From the human T2T-CHM13v2.0 reference genome, Homo sapiens: a stretch of 64,000 nucleotides of DNA. The notes beneath the pieces are model-generated. The model did not search any database. It saw only the letters and a list, made by a program, of their open reading frames with translations, and was not told the DNA's origin. This document shows positions 1-13,196 of the stretch, one piece after another. Numbering within the stretch: the first letter of the stretch is position 1; each line of letters begins with the position of its first letter. Where the stretch lies: assembly GCF_009914755.1 (NCBI RefSeq), contig NC_060936.1. One strand, given 5' to 3'. The position numbers and the translations under genes are program-made.

Positions 1-286
1 GATTAGTTGTGGACACAGGGAGGCAAAGGTCTCAAATAGAATTTTGATGAGAAAAGCATAAATCATGTTAATTAAGCAATTTTAGTTGTTTACAGCTTTA
101 ATTGCAGGGTCCAGTATTCTCTGGAGCAAGCAGATAGTGTTTGTTCTGAGTATTATTAAATATAGGAACAAAAATATGCCCACTCTCAACACTGCTTACC
201 ACCCGAACAGGACATTGTAATGGACTCGGTTCTCAAAAAAATGTTAATATCACGGCGATTTATTATTTTTGGGAGAGAGCAAAACG

Positions 287-574
287 TTTGTTTTTGAGAT
301 GGAGTCTCACTGTCACCCAGGTTGCAGTGCAGTGGTACAATCTCGGCTCACTGCAACCTCCTCGTCCCGGTTCAAGTGATTCTCCTGCCTTAGCCTCCCA
401 AGTAGTTGGGACTACATGCATGCGCCATCACACTGGGCTAATTTTTGTATTTTTAGTAGAGACGAGATTTCACCATATCGACCAGGCTGGTCTTGAACTC
501 CTGGCCTCAAGTGATCCTCGTGCCTTGGCCTCCCGAAGTACTGGGATTACAGGCAGGAGCCACTGTTCCCAGCC
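287..574 (-). mobile_element. Alu (AluS-type), full length
   Basis: Reverse Alu from tttttgagatggagtctcactg to gagccactgttcccagcc; degenerate TSD aaaacgtttgtttt/agaatctttgtttt. Confidence 0.97.
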
Positions 575-1134
575 AGAATCTTTGTTTTGCTCTAGGGTGT
601 TATCTTCCCCCATTGTGTCAAGTCTCGATGGGGCCATCGACATAGATAACTTACTGCCCACACAAGTGGCACAGGTGTCACTCTGGCTAAGCAAGTAAAC
701 TTCTCCTGGAATTTTATTCACAAGCAGAATGGTACAAAAATTAAAAATGATGATAGTTGATTTTTCCAGCTGTATCACCTTGACAATTTAATTAATTAAT
801 TCCTGCAAACTGTTTTTCCCAAATCCCCTTGTACCCTGTGCTTTTTGAGCATGTCTGGGTTTTCCCATCAATCTCTAAGCATTTATATCACTTTAATATT
901 TTTTTTTTTGTAGTTGTTGAAGGGAGCCACAGTTTGCTTCTGTTAGATTCAACAGAAGAGGACTAGTTGATACATGTAGCAATTATAAAAACACTCTTTT
1001 CTGTGCAGCTCATGTCTGGTCCCAACAAGCCAACGCATCAGAAAACTTCCCTGAGAGTTACTTAATCTCCCTAAACAATACCTCCCAGGATCTCAGAGGT
1101 CGAAGATAAGGTCCTTTTCGTTGAGAAACTCTTT

Positions 1135-1765
1135 TTCATTATTTTATTTATTCTACAGTTTGAGTTTTTCTCCTGTGCCCAGCAACTGTTGTAGGCACTG
1201 GGAGCGGCAAAGTAAAGAAGTCCTCCGCCTTCAGGGAATGTGTCTCTTAGTAACTATAAAATCCCAATAAGCAAGTAAATATATTACATGCACAGAGGCA
1301 ATGCTTATTTTAAAGAAAAAGAAAGGTGAAATGTGATAAAGAGAAAGAGAGAAGAGTTGCTATTCTACCAAGGCTGGGTCAGGGAAGACTTCATTAAAAA
1401 GTGGCATTTAAACAAAGATCTGAAGGCTGTGAGGGGCCATGAGGCTTTCTGGGGATCCAGGCAGAGGGAGTGGTATGTGCAACCCTGGGGCAGGGGTGCA
1501 GCTTCAGAGTTTGGGGACCAGCAGGGCTAGCATGGCTGCAGCTCAGAGACTATGGGACGGCTGGTAAGAGTTGAGCTCAGAGAGGTAATGGACAGGTGTT
1601 CCAAGGCAGGTCTTCCAGACTTGCAGGTCATTATAAAAACTTTGTCTTTTGCTCCCAGTAAAATTATAGTCACTGTGGGATTTTGAACGGATGAGTAAGA
1701 TGACTGATCTGTATTTTAATAACATTAATCTGGTTGCTGTATTCAGAGACAACTGAAGCAGGGCA
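1135..1765 (-). mobile_element. L2 (L2a-like) 3' region
   Basis: tgtgcccagcaactgttgtaggcactggg...gtcagggaagacttc...ccaggcagagggagtggtatgtgc resembles the reverse L2 3' end. Confidence 0.75.
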
Positions 1766-2484
1766 AAGATTAAAAGTAAAGGAAAAGGAAAATAGAGAAG
1801 AAAGGAAAGAAAGAAGGAAAAAACGAGGCCACAGTGTGTATAACCAGCTCTCTAGAATTCAATGTCATCAGCTTTGTGAGTTCCCTAACTCAGAGTTATT
1901 TGTTCATCTTTGGAAAAAACAATTTGTAAAAACAAGGAGCTGGGCATAGTCTTGAAACTCTACAAGGTACTTCAGACAAGACTGACAACCTTAATTGGGA
2001 AATATCAATGTTTATCTTTCTGTTTCCCTAACGATCCCCGTTCTACCAAATCCGTTTCAGTCCTGCTTTCGATGTTGATATATTAGGTAATAATGCTCAT
2101 TGCTAAAAAGTGCCAACGTACTGTGCTTATTCCCAAGAAAATGAGGAAAAATGGCAGCATCTGAGAGACAAACCAGGCCTCTGGTGCCGAACCCAGCCTC
2201 TGAAAAAAAAAATGGGACATCCAGAGGCACCCATGTGGAAACAAAACTGCCACCAAATGGTTTTTTAAACATGAAAAATAAAATTGCTTTAGCTTTAGGA
2301 GATGTGTCCCAATCACAGACACAGCCAAATTAGTGCTGGGGCTTCAGGCAATGGTTTTTACAGGGAAATTCTGATTACATGTAAACATCAGAGCATCTCT
2401 TTTCCTGGTCATGAAATCTCTATAGATGAGTTCCAAAAGGCCTTAGGCATCATACATAGATGTACAAATTATATATAAACTATC

Positions 2485-2831
2485 CAATATGGTTTGGCTG
2501 TGTCCCCACCCCAATCTCACCTGGAATTCCCACATATTGTGGGAGGAACCCAGTGGGAGGTCATTGAATCATGGGGGTAGGTCTTTCCTGTGCTGTTCTG
2601 GTAGACAGTGAGTAAGTCTTACAAGATCTGATGGGTTTATAAGGGAGAGTTTCCCTGCACAAGTTCTCTCTTCTCTTGCCTGCTGCCATGTGAGATGTGC
2701 CTTTCACCTTCCGCCATGATTGTGAGGCCTCCCCTGCCACGTGGAACTGTAAGTCCAATAAACCTCTTTCTTTTGTAAATTGCCCAGTCTCAGGTATGTC
2801 TTTATCAGCAGCATGAAAATGGACTAATACA
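2485..2831 (+). mobile_element. THE1A/B solo LTR (ERVL-MaLR)
   Basis: Starts atatggtttggctgtgtccccacc, ends ggactaataca; 5-bp TSD ctatc (2480-2484)/ctgtc (2832-2836). Confidence 0.95.
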
Positions 2832-2885
2832 CTGTCTTATATCAAACAAAACACACTAGCAGTAGCAGCAACAATAACAACTACT

Positions 2886-3331
2886 TATGAAAGGAAAATA
2901 TTTTGTGTCCCCAAAATCACTAAGCTAATGGAAGTCAAGCTGGGAACTGCTTAGGGCAAACCTGCCTCCCATTCAATTCAAAGTCACCCATCTGCTCACT
3001 GAGATAAATGCATGTCTGATTGCCTCCTTTGGAGAGGCTCATCAGAAACTCAAAAGAATGTAACAATTTGTCCCTTATCTACCTATGACCTGGAAGCCCC
3101 TTCCCCACTTTCAGTTCTCCTGCCTTTCCATACCAAACCAATATTCATCTTACACATGTTAATTGATGTCTCATGTCTCCCTAAAATGTATAAAGCCAAA
3201 CTGTGCTCTGACCACCTTGGTGACATGTTGCCAGGACCTCCTGAGACTGTGTCATGGGTGTATGTCCTCAAACTTGGCAAAATAAACTTTCTAAATTAAC
3301 TGAGACCTGTCTCAAACTTTCAGGGTTCACA
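2886..3331 (+). mobile_element. MER4A/MER4A1 solo LTR (ERV1)
   Basis: tatgaaaggaaaata...aaaatcactaagct...gggttcaca; perfect 4-bp TSD tact (2882-2885/3332-3335). Confidence 0.9.
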
Positions 3332-3892
3332 TACTCCTGAATGACTTGTTTATCCCTGTAATTTTCAACTTATGGCCTACAAAGTAAAATAGGTGGATTT
3401 TCCAATATCTGCAACATTCTCAGGAAGGAAATCAATTAAAGTAAATTTGTCAAGTGGATAATCAATCAGTTATATGATTAGCCAGAATTTTTAAGCCTTA
3501 CTTTGTACCCTAACCTATGTTAGATGCCCTTGGAGGATGCTAAAATAAAGGAGTCACAGCCTGTATTCCAGTTGAGGAGATAGGACCTAGAGGCACCATG
3601 CTGTGAGGAGTTAGTAGCACTGGGGAGATGAATGAGGTAAGGAAGAGGTGCCTTTCTAGGGAGATGCTCCACTGATCCTTGAGACTGAGGCTGGGTCAGA
3701 AGGAAGATGGAAGGAAGAACAGAGATACAAAGACTTAAGAGAGATAAGCCTATGTCAGGGTGGAGGAGGAGAAAACTCGCCTAAAAATACGCTGAGGGCA
3801 CCTGGGGCAGAGCAGAGAACCAGGGAATCAAACAGTGATAACAGCTCATTTCTTAAATGTTGCTACGTGTGTGATTTTTTTGTAATCCTTTT

Positions 3893-4848
3893 ATAAATTT
3901 TTGCAATCCACCCATTGATAAAGGTCTAATATCCAGAATCTACAAGGAACTTAAATAAATTTACAAGAAAAAAACAAACAACCCCATCAAAAAGTGGGCA
4001 ATGGACATGAACAGACATTTCTCAAAAGAAGACATTTATGTGGCCAACAAACACATGGAAAAAAGCTCATCATTACTGGTCATTAGAGAAATGCAAATCA
4101 AAACCATAATGAGATAACATCTCATACCAGTGAGAATGGCAATTATTAAAAAGTCAGGAAACAACAGATGCTGGCAAGACTGTGGAGAAATACAAATGCT
4201 TTTACACTGTTGGTGGGAGTATAAGTTAGTTCAATCATTGTGGAAGACAGTGTGGTGATTCCTCAAGGATCTAGAACCAGAAATACCATTTGACCCAGCA
4301 ATCCCATTACTGGCTATACACCCAAAGGATTATAAATCATTCTACTATAAAGACACATGCACACATATGTTTATAGCAGCACTATTTACAATAGCAAAGA
4401 CTTGGAACCAACCCAAATGCTCATCAATGATAGACTGGATAAAGAAAATATGGCACATATACATCATGGAACACTATGCAGCCATAAAAAAGAATGAGTG
4501 CATGTCCTTTGCAGGGACATGGATGAAACTGGAAGCCATCATTCTCAGCAAACCAACACAGAAACAGAAAACCAAACACTGCATGTTCTCACTCATAAGT
4601 GGGGTTGAACAATGAGAGCACATGGACACAGAGAGGGGAACATCACACAATGGGGCCTCTCTGGGGGTTGGGGGGTAAGGGGAGGGAGAGCATTAGGACA
4701 AATACCTAATGCATGCAGGGCTTAAAACCTGCATGACAGGTTCATAGGTGCAGCAGACCACCATGGCATATGTTTACCTATATAACAAACCTGCACGTTC
4801 TGCACATGTATCCCAGAGCTTAAAGTAAAATTTAAAAAAAAAAAAAAA
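3893..4848 (+). mobile_element. 5'-truncated L1PA (about L1PA7/8): ORF2 C-terminus, 3'UTR, poly(A)
   Basis: ORF 4367-4615 MFIAALFTIAKTWNQPKC... is the L1 ORF2 C-terminus; G-rich 3'UTR; poly(A) to 4848. Confidence 0.97.
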
Positions 4849-5104
4849 TCAAGGTCAATCTCTGTGTGTTGGTTATGGAAAGATGTACACATAAACCATT
4901 AGGTAAAAGACACGAGACATCTAAGTTCGATCTTATAGAAGACTAACAGTTTCCAGAAGGTATGTGAGTTTTTCCTTGGACACAGTTGAGAATTGCCTGG
5001 ACTGGGGAAGAAAACTGATAGAGCCAATATTCAATCCCAGGTATGTCTGGCCACAAAGCCTGTGTTCCTAACCATTCACAGCCTCTTTATGTTTACACAC
5101 TTGA

Positions 5105-5431
<327 letters not shown>

Positions 5432-5689
5432 TAATCTTTAGAAGGGTTTCTTCTGCATAGAAAGATTCTGTCTAATTATGCAGAAGAAATAGTAGAAATT
5501 GAAAATCATAACTCCGAAAGCCTGAATAAAATTGCTCCTAGACCAGTAGCTCCTAGATCAGGAGCAGCAAAGTATGCTGAGGCAATTTTTTGAAAGAGGA
5601 TTGAGATTGGCACCATGGGACCGTGCTGGCCAACCATAATACCTGCCTCCAGATACAGTGCAACAAGAAGTTCAAACACAGTCAATGAA

Positions 5690-6630
5690 TTAATTTTGCC
5701 TAAAGAATGAAGCCAAATCTAATGAAGGCTGTAGGTCTATCTACCAATTGACAGAAGATATATGGTACAGAGATGAACATGTTACATAAAAGTTCTAGCA
5801 TGCAGGCAGCCAATCACAATGGGAGAAAAAAACACAGGAAAAACAAATCCGCCTTTTCATTGAAGAAACGATGGTTCGGTGGCAGCGGGGAGGGAAATGC
5901 CTTCCAAGTAAGACGTAAGAGATTTATCAACTAAATGCAATGTGAATACTTATTTTTTTGCACTCTAACACACTGGCTATAATAAAAGACATTTTGAGGT
6001 GATTAGCAAATTATTAAAATAATACTAGCCGAGTATTAGATGCAAGTTGAGCATCCCTAATCCAAAAATCAAGTCCAAAATGCTCCAAATTTGTAAAATT
6101 TTGAGTACCTACATGATACCACAAGTAAAGAAATTCATACGCGACCTCGTGTCCACAACCTTTGTTTCATGCACAAAATTAGTGAAAATACATAATTATC
6201 TTCAGGCTATGCATATAAGGTGCATATGAAGGACAAATAAATTTCGTGTTTAGACTTAGGTCTCGCCCCCAAGATATCTCATTATGTATACGCAAATATT
6301 CTAAAATCCCCACAAATCTGAAATCTGAAACAATTCTGATCCCGAACATTTCAGACAAGGAATCAACCTGTACTATTAAGTAATTATCGTTAATGTTTTA
6401 GAGGCCATAATTCCACTGCAATTGTGTCAAAAAGTCATTATTTGTTAGATTTATATGCTAAACCATTTATTATTTAAAATAGAATGGTGTCTGTAATTTG
6501 TTTTAAAATACACCAGGAAACGAATGGTGCGTCTATAGATTAAACAAGATAATTTAAAAAGTAATTAGCATATGGGGATTTGTTATAATTTTATCTCAAC
6601 TTGCAACATTTTCATAATAAATGTCAAAAT
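5690..6630 (+). mobile_element. Old L1MC-type 3' end, interrupted by Tigger4
   Basis: atcaactaaatgcaatgtg...aaaagacattttgagg before and ttgttagat...caacattttcataataa after the Tigger. Confidence 0.55.
6043..6370 (+). mobile_element. Tigger4b/MER46-type DNA transposon (TcMar-Tigger)
   Basis: TIRs caagttgagcatccctaatcc...tcagacaaggaatcaacctg followed by TA. Confidence 0.88.
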
Positions 6631-6877
6631 GTGTAAAAAGAAAAGATATAAAATATTCAAGTTCTATTATAATTGTTTCCTTTTCTTATCTGGGTTGACT
6701 TTTCTTCTAGTCACTTCTCACTTCCTGCTGTATAATATAGCTATTTTTGTTTGTTTGTTTATATTTTTTCCTCCACAGTGTAAGCCCGTGGAGACTAGTA
6801 CGTGCTTGACGTTCTCACCGTTGAATCAATCTTCAGTACCGCACCGAGACCAGTTCCTGGAGCATGGAATGTTGTCA

Positions 6878-7216
6878 TTGTTTGTTTGTTTATTTATTTA
6901 TTTATTTATTTACTTATTTTATTTATTTATTTATTTGAGATGGAGTCTCACTGTCGCCCAGGCCAGAGTGCAGTGGCGCGATTTGGACTCACTGCGATCT
7001 CTGCCTCCCGGGTTCAAACTACTCTCATGCCTCAGCCTCCGGAGCAGCTGGGGTTGCAGGTGTGCGCCACCACTCCCGGCTAATTTTTGTATTTTTAATA
7101 GAGACAGAGTTTCACCACGTTGGCCAGGCTGGTCTCCAACTCCTGACATCAAGTGATCTACCTGCCTCGGCCTCCCAAAATGCTGGGATTACAGGCGTGA
7201 GCCACCGCGCCTGGCC
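6878..7216 (-). mobile_element. Alu (AluS), CpG-retaining, inserted next to an L2 fragment (about 6780-6870)
   Basis: Full reverse Alu; TSD tgtcattg/tgtcactg. Confidence 0.95.
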
Positions 7217-7900
7217 TGTCACTGCTTATCATCGTGAGTACCAAGTTCTAGTCCAACTCCTCGAGACGGTCTCCAGGTAGCCAACAACTTTGGAGAACCC
7301 TGCCCTTCACCCCTTCCTCTTAAACACTCGCAAAGCACGTTAATATATCGACGTCTCCTTGAAACATCACCTTAAATTAAAAATTCGCTTATTTTTGAGG
7401 AATCGATTTCTTCTCCCGGAACGCCAACGTCTCCCAGGATTTGTCTTCACAGAAGACACTGTGGGGAACGCTGGCTTCCAGCATGAACGCGGCACTTGGA
7501 GAATCGAGCAGCGGGATCCAGGCTGAGCCGCGGAAGGGGTGGGTGGGGAGCGAGGGAAGCGGAGCTTCAGTCAAGTGAGCCTGACTCCCGGCTGGCACTC
7601 TCTCCACTCACGAATGTGCGGGTGGTTCCCGCAGGGAAACCCCAGCGCCATCTGACTTCAGGGAGAGAGTGGAGGGACCCGTGGGACATGAGGCTGGGAA
7701 GAGAACGCTCATGGATAAAGGAGGTCCCTGCCGAGGAAGGCCTGCTGGTGCTCTTTGAGGTGCTCTTGGGGAGCATCTTCAGACCGAATTCTGCCTGCCT
7801 GGGGATGGATTCCAGAGACGCTTTTTTTAAAAGTCACCACCAGATCCGGAAGATTGTCTCTCCGAAGCTCACACAGAAGTGTGGGATCAAAAGACTCTTT
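7200..7900. promoter_or_regulatory. Weak CpG island; putative promoter/enhancer
   Basis: About 35 CpG in about 670 bp (hand count); kB consensus gggaaacccc near 7634; G-run cluster 7536-7556; cagcgccatct CTCF-like half core; possible + strand donor caa|gtgagc at 7575. Confidence 0.6.
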
Positions 7901-8999
7901 GCCTTGTGTTTGTAGCTCCCCCTGAAATAGCCACAACTGCTTCCAGAAATGCCTGAATTGGGAAGCTTTTCCATTCCCTAGCCTCCAACCCTGTGCTTAG
8001 CTCTGGCATGTAGGGAACACCCCCTGGAGAAGACAAAAAACAAGAAACAAAAAAAAAAAAAAAAAGGAAGAAAAACCAAAAGTACAAACAACAACAAGCA
8101 GAAACGTTAATAGCTGAGCTAGTCTCTCTCAAAATAACAATTTTAAAATTTAATCAATTCATTGAGTTATCTGCTGGTCCCCTTTTAAATACGTTTGAGG
8201 GAGAACTCTGCTCAGAAAAACTATACAGATACCTAAATTTTCACTGCTGAAGAAATTAAACGGAATCTCCCCAAAGCGTGGGGTGAATGCAAGCCATCGC
8301 ACTGTTATGTAATATGCAGGAAGGACCACAGAAAAGAAGCGGCCCCGTCTCCATGGTATCAACCCACGGCTGCAGAATGTCACTTCCCATTTGCAGGAGC
8401 TGGGGCATGCAGTGCTCCGTACAACTTGGGGGGTTGGGGGATGATACCAAACACTTCCCAAACCAGGGGCCCCCTCTCATCTTGTCCCCTGCCTTTCTGA
8501 GATTATTCACCACCTGTGAGCAAGAACACGTGGTTAGAAACCCAGGCAGCACCTGCCCCACCCCCTGCCTCTCTCGTTAAGCACCGTTGTCCTTGGCTCA
8601 CCTTCAAAACCTGGGCTCCTTCTATCCTGGGTTGTTTGCAAGACCTCCCTGTTTCTTCCTGGGAAACAAGCTTAATTGACATATTTCCCAGTGTGTCGAC
8701 TCAGTCCTGCAGGAACCCATGGTACTAAATTAAAAGCTATGTTTCACATTTTGGATGAGATGTTAGTCGTGTCTGTATTAAAATGAATGAGAGCAGCAGC
8801 CCAAGCTGCAAACTTCAATTTCTTCAAGGCAGTCTGAACATCCTGTCCAAAGTGCCAAGGGAGAAAATGTTGTTTGAGTCAGTGACAATATTTTAAACTT
8901 TAATAACATTTTGTTTGAAAATAAATAATACAGGTCCTATATGATTTGAATCTTTATATTACATTACATTTTTTCATTTTGAAAATTATTATCCTGTAA

Positions 9000-9250
9000 T
9001 AGCTAATAACAAATCTCACATACTACTTATTCTTTGCCAAGCGCCCCTCTCAGGACTTTACAATTGTCAAAGTATTTAATTCCCTGAACTGCCCTGTGAG
9101 GTAGGTGCTATGCTGATCCCTCCTTTACAGACCAGGAAACTGAGGCCAGGCCTGTTAAACAACTTGCCCAGTGCTCCATGGTCAATAAGAGGCTTATCCA
9201 GGATGCAGATGAAGGCAGATTGACTTGAGCCCAGTTCTTTCAACTTGACA
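9000..9250 (-). mobile_element. MIR
   Basis: ccctgtgaggtaggtg...tttacagaccaggaaactgaggcc...aacttgcccag. Confidence 0.85.
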
Positions 9251-9334
9251 GCAATGGCCCTCAATTGGTTGCACGTTTCAGGAGACATCTGGAACACCTT
9301 TTAAAAACACCTGTACTGAGGCTGATTCCAGAAC

Positions 9335-9680
9335 AATTGTGTAAGGACTTTAAGACCAGGCTCTCACTCTCGAACCCTGGGGTGGGAGTGGGAGTGGGGG
9401 TATTTAGGTAAAGCATTTAACTTCTCTAAACCTCAGAGGCCTCATCTGTAAAATGCGCTAGTACTGGCCCCACCTGCTAAGGTAGTGGTACGCATTAAAT
9501 GTGGGGCGTTCACCTGTCCTAGTTTACTTAAACTCAGTGGGTTCCTGGGACTTGGGACCTTCCGTGCTTAAACGGAGACAGTTAGGGACAAACTGGGACG
9601 ATTTGCGCACCTTAATTCGATGAGCTGATGCCGTCATATCAACGCACACTTTACCTAGCATGCATAAGCCTAGAGTCAGC
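9335..9680 (+). mobile_element. MIR split by MER81
   Basis: ttaacttctctaaacctcagaggcctcatctgtaaaatg; resumes after 9614. Confidence 0.75.
9502..9614. mobile_element. MER81 (hAT-Blackjack) non-autonomous element
   Basis: 113 bp, tggggcgttcacctgtcc...gggacgatttgcgcacctta; degenerate 8-bp TSD attaaatg/attcgatg. Confidence 0.8.
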
Positions 9681-10789
9681 AGTCGTGATCTGATTGTTTT
9701 ACACACTTCTATAGTACTTTAAAGCCACGCTTCATGCATGTAAAGGGCTTTTAAGGCAGAAACGAGCAGGCACACTTGAAGGTCAGAAGAAAGCAGTGTA
9801 GATGGAGCACATACAGCAAGAAGTTGCTTTTGTCAATCTCAGTAGTAAGAAGGCAATAAAAAGCCAGAAAACAATGTACAGTGATGGGGATCCAGTCTGG
9901 CCGCATTACTTGCACCACAGCACTGGAGAATTTGAGATGGGAAGAGGTCAAAATCATGACCCCAGAGCAGCCAGTACAAATCAGTCCCACTAATGGAGTC
10001 CCACTAATGACACCATTTATGAGGAAAGAGACTCCAAGTGCAGTGCTCAGCACACAGAAAGACCGTCCTAATCTGCACTGGCTGCAGCTCTGTTCTACTC
10101 TAATGAACACAGTCATGGAAGACGGGTGCAAAGACAAGGTCAGTACCGGAGGACAAAGGTGCTGACTTCTGACACTTGGCCTTTACTGATCTGTAAAATG
10201 TTATCGGTATGTCTTCACCTTAGTACTACTAGTGGAGCCAGGACATTTCTAAAGAGTGATGGGACTGTTACTTGTTTGTTTCATATCTTGTGGGTCAAAA
10301 ATTTCAGGGCCGAAGTCCAAAGCCAACAAACAAAAATGCTTACCTTTTGCTCATGGCTTTTGTTTCATTTCTTTTGTATTTCCTTTTATGAGTTTATCTG
10401 TCACATTAAATAATAATTAAGTAAATTTGAAAAAAAAAGTTAGGACATTGAAATTCCAGCAGAGAGCTAATTTCTCGTGAGTTGAAAAGCGTATGAATGA
10501 GGAGGGCTTTTTGAAACAGCAACCTAGAAGCAATGCAAGATGCCTTCACTCCCAGATGTCTTTGCCTCTTGTATGTCTACTCTTTTCCATTGACCCTGGG
10601 ATTGCAAAACCCAAAGCCTTCACTGACCAGGCAGGTAATAGACATGAGCAATGCAGGCCTGGCCCAGGACAACCAAGAGTGCAGATGGGACCATGAAGGG
10701 CCCATTACACCCTTGTGAGTGTTAGAGCCAGGAGAGGGAGGCTGTCCTGTTGCAATGTAGCTCAGACTCCAGAATCGTCAGCCTGGTTC

Positions 10790-11968
<1,179 letters not shown>

Positions 11969-12940
11969 TAGAAGTGGAAGGGAAGTAGAGACAGGAAATA
12001 AAGGCAAAAGTGAGGAAACAGAAAGAAGCTCAGGACACTTGTAGACTAAGTCAGGCCTGATGACATGGTGGCCCAAAGACTAGTTGGCATCAAGAAACAA
12101 CTTTGGTGGGCTCATATAGGATTCAAACAAAAATAAAAACATCCTAAAACTAAGGATACTTCAAATTAAAACAGAGATGTCTGGCTTCTCTAGAACAATC
12201 AGAGACCTGACAATAGAGACCCTGTGTTTCTGCAGGACAAGGATTGGCCCACCCTGAGAGACACTTGTTCCATTTCTTTTCCATTCCCTGTGAAGGCCCT
12301 GGAGGCCCCGAAGCTCATCCGTAGGGTTAACACATGCAGGTGAGAAGAAATAAGGGCCAGGGCAATCTGCAGTGGTCAGGGAGGGCTGCCTGGAGGAGGA
12401 GAAAGTGGAGGAAACAGCTGAGCCCGGAGGCATAAGGAATGCTCCCTTCAAAGCATCCTTTGGCTACAAGAATCCTGTCCTTCAACCAGTTACAAAGCTG
12501 GAATTTTAGTTCAGGAAACTGTAGGGAACTGAAATTTTCATTAATTAGAATTTACTTATCATTTACTTTAAAATTGCAACGGTATTGTAGGAAAATGTTA
12601 ATTCATTTAAGCTATATATTGTGTATGATCTTTTCTTATTAATTTGCTTTTCTGTTTTCACTTATTCCAAGGACCTGATTGCAGAAAATATAATTATTCT
12701 TTGGCCTCATGAATCCATGTTCAAACATTTGCCAATCGAGACCCAATGCTGCATCCTGCTGTCAATGCCCTCCGGCCAAAGCCGGAAGAAGACACCTGAA
12801 GTTCAACAGGCTGCGTTGATTTCTCTTAGCACAGCATGGGGAACTGAGGGGCTTTCTTATTCAAAGGGTGTTAGAAAGAGCTTAGTATAGGATTCAGAGA
12901 CAAGCACTGGGTGATTTGGGAGGGTTCAAAGAAGCAGGGA

Positions 12941-13196
12941 TTTAAAAAAAATTGAGGATACATAGTAGGTGTATATGTTTATGAGGTACATGAGATGTTT
13001 TGATACAGGCATGCAATGTGAGATAATCACATCATGGAGAATGGGGTATCCATCCCCCCAAGCATTTGTCCTTTGTGTTACAAACAATTCAATTATACTC
13101 TTTTAGTAATTTTTAAATGTGCAATTCAGTTATAATTGACTATAGTCACTCTGTTGTGCTATCAAATAGTAGTTCTTAGTCATTCTTTTTTTTTTT
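12941..13196 (-). mobile_element. L1MA 3' end fragment
   Basis: atacatagtaggtgtatatgtttatgaggtacatgagatgttttgatacaggcatgcaatg. Confidence 0.85.

Noticed and set aside
625-640. tcgatgg-gg-ccatcga mini-hairpin
   Set aside because: A 7-bp stem is expected by chance in 64 kb.
288-698. 136-aa ORF and similar ORFs (6572-7156, 11537-11971, 22049-22684, 29147-29443, 38250-38567 and others)
   Set aside because: Antisense-Alu translations ([24 protein letters not shown]); not genes.
4367-4615. Near-identical ORFs at 4367 and 62811 suggesting a duplicated gene
   Set aside because: Both are L1 ORF2 C-terminal fragments from independent truncated L1PA copies.
7496-7915. 139-aa ORF over the CpG island
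   Set aside because: Non-ATG start, no recognisable domain; open frames are common in GC-rich DNA.
9751-10165. Overlapping 63-128 aa ORFs in unique-looking DNA
   Set aside because: No protein similarity I recognise, and no poly(A) or TSD of a retrocopy; tBLASTn/Dfam would be needed.
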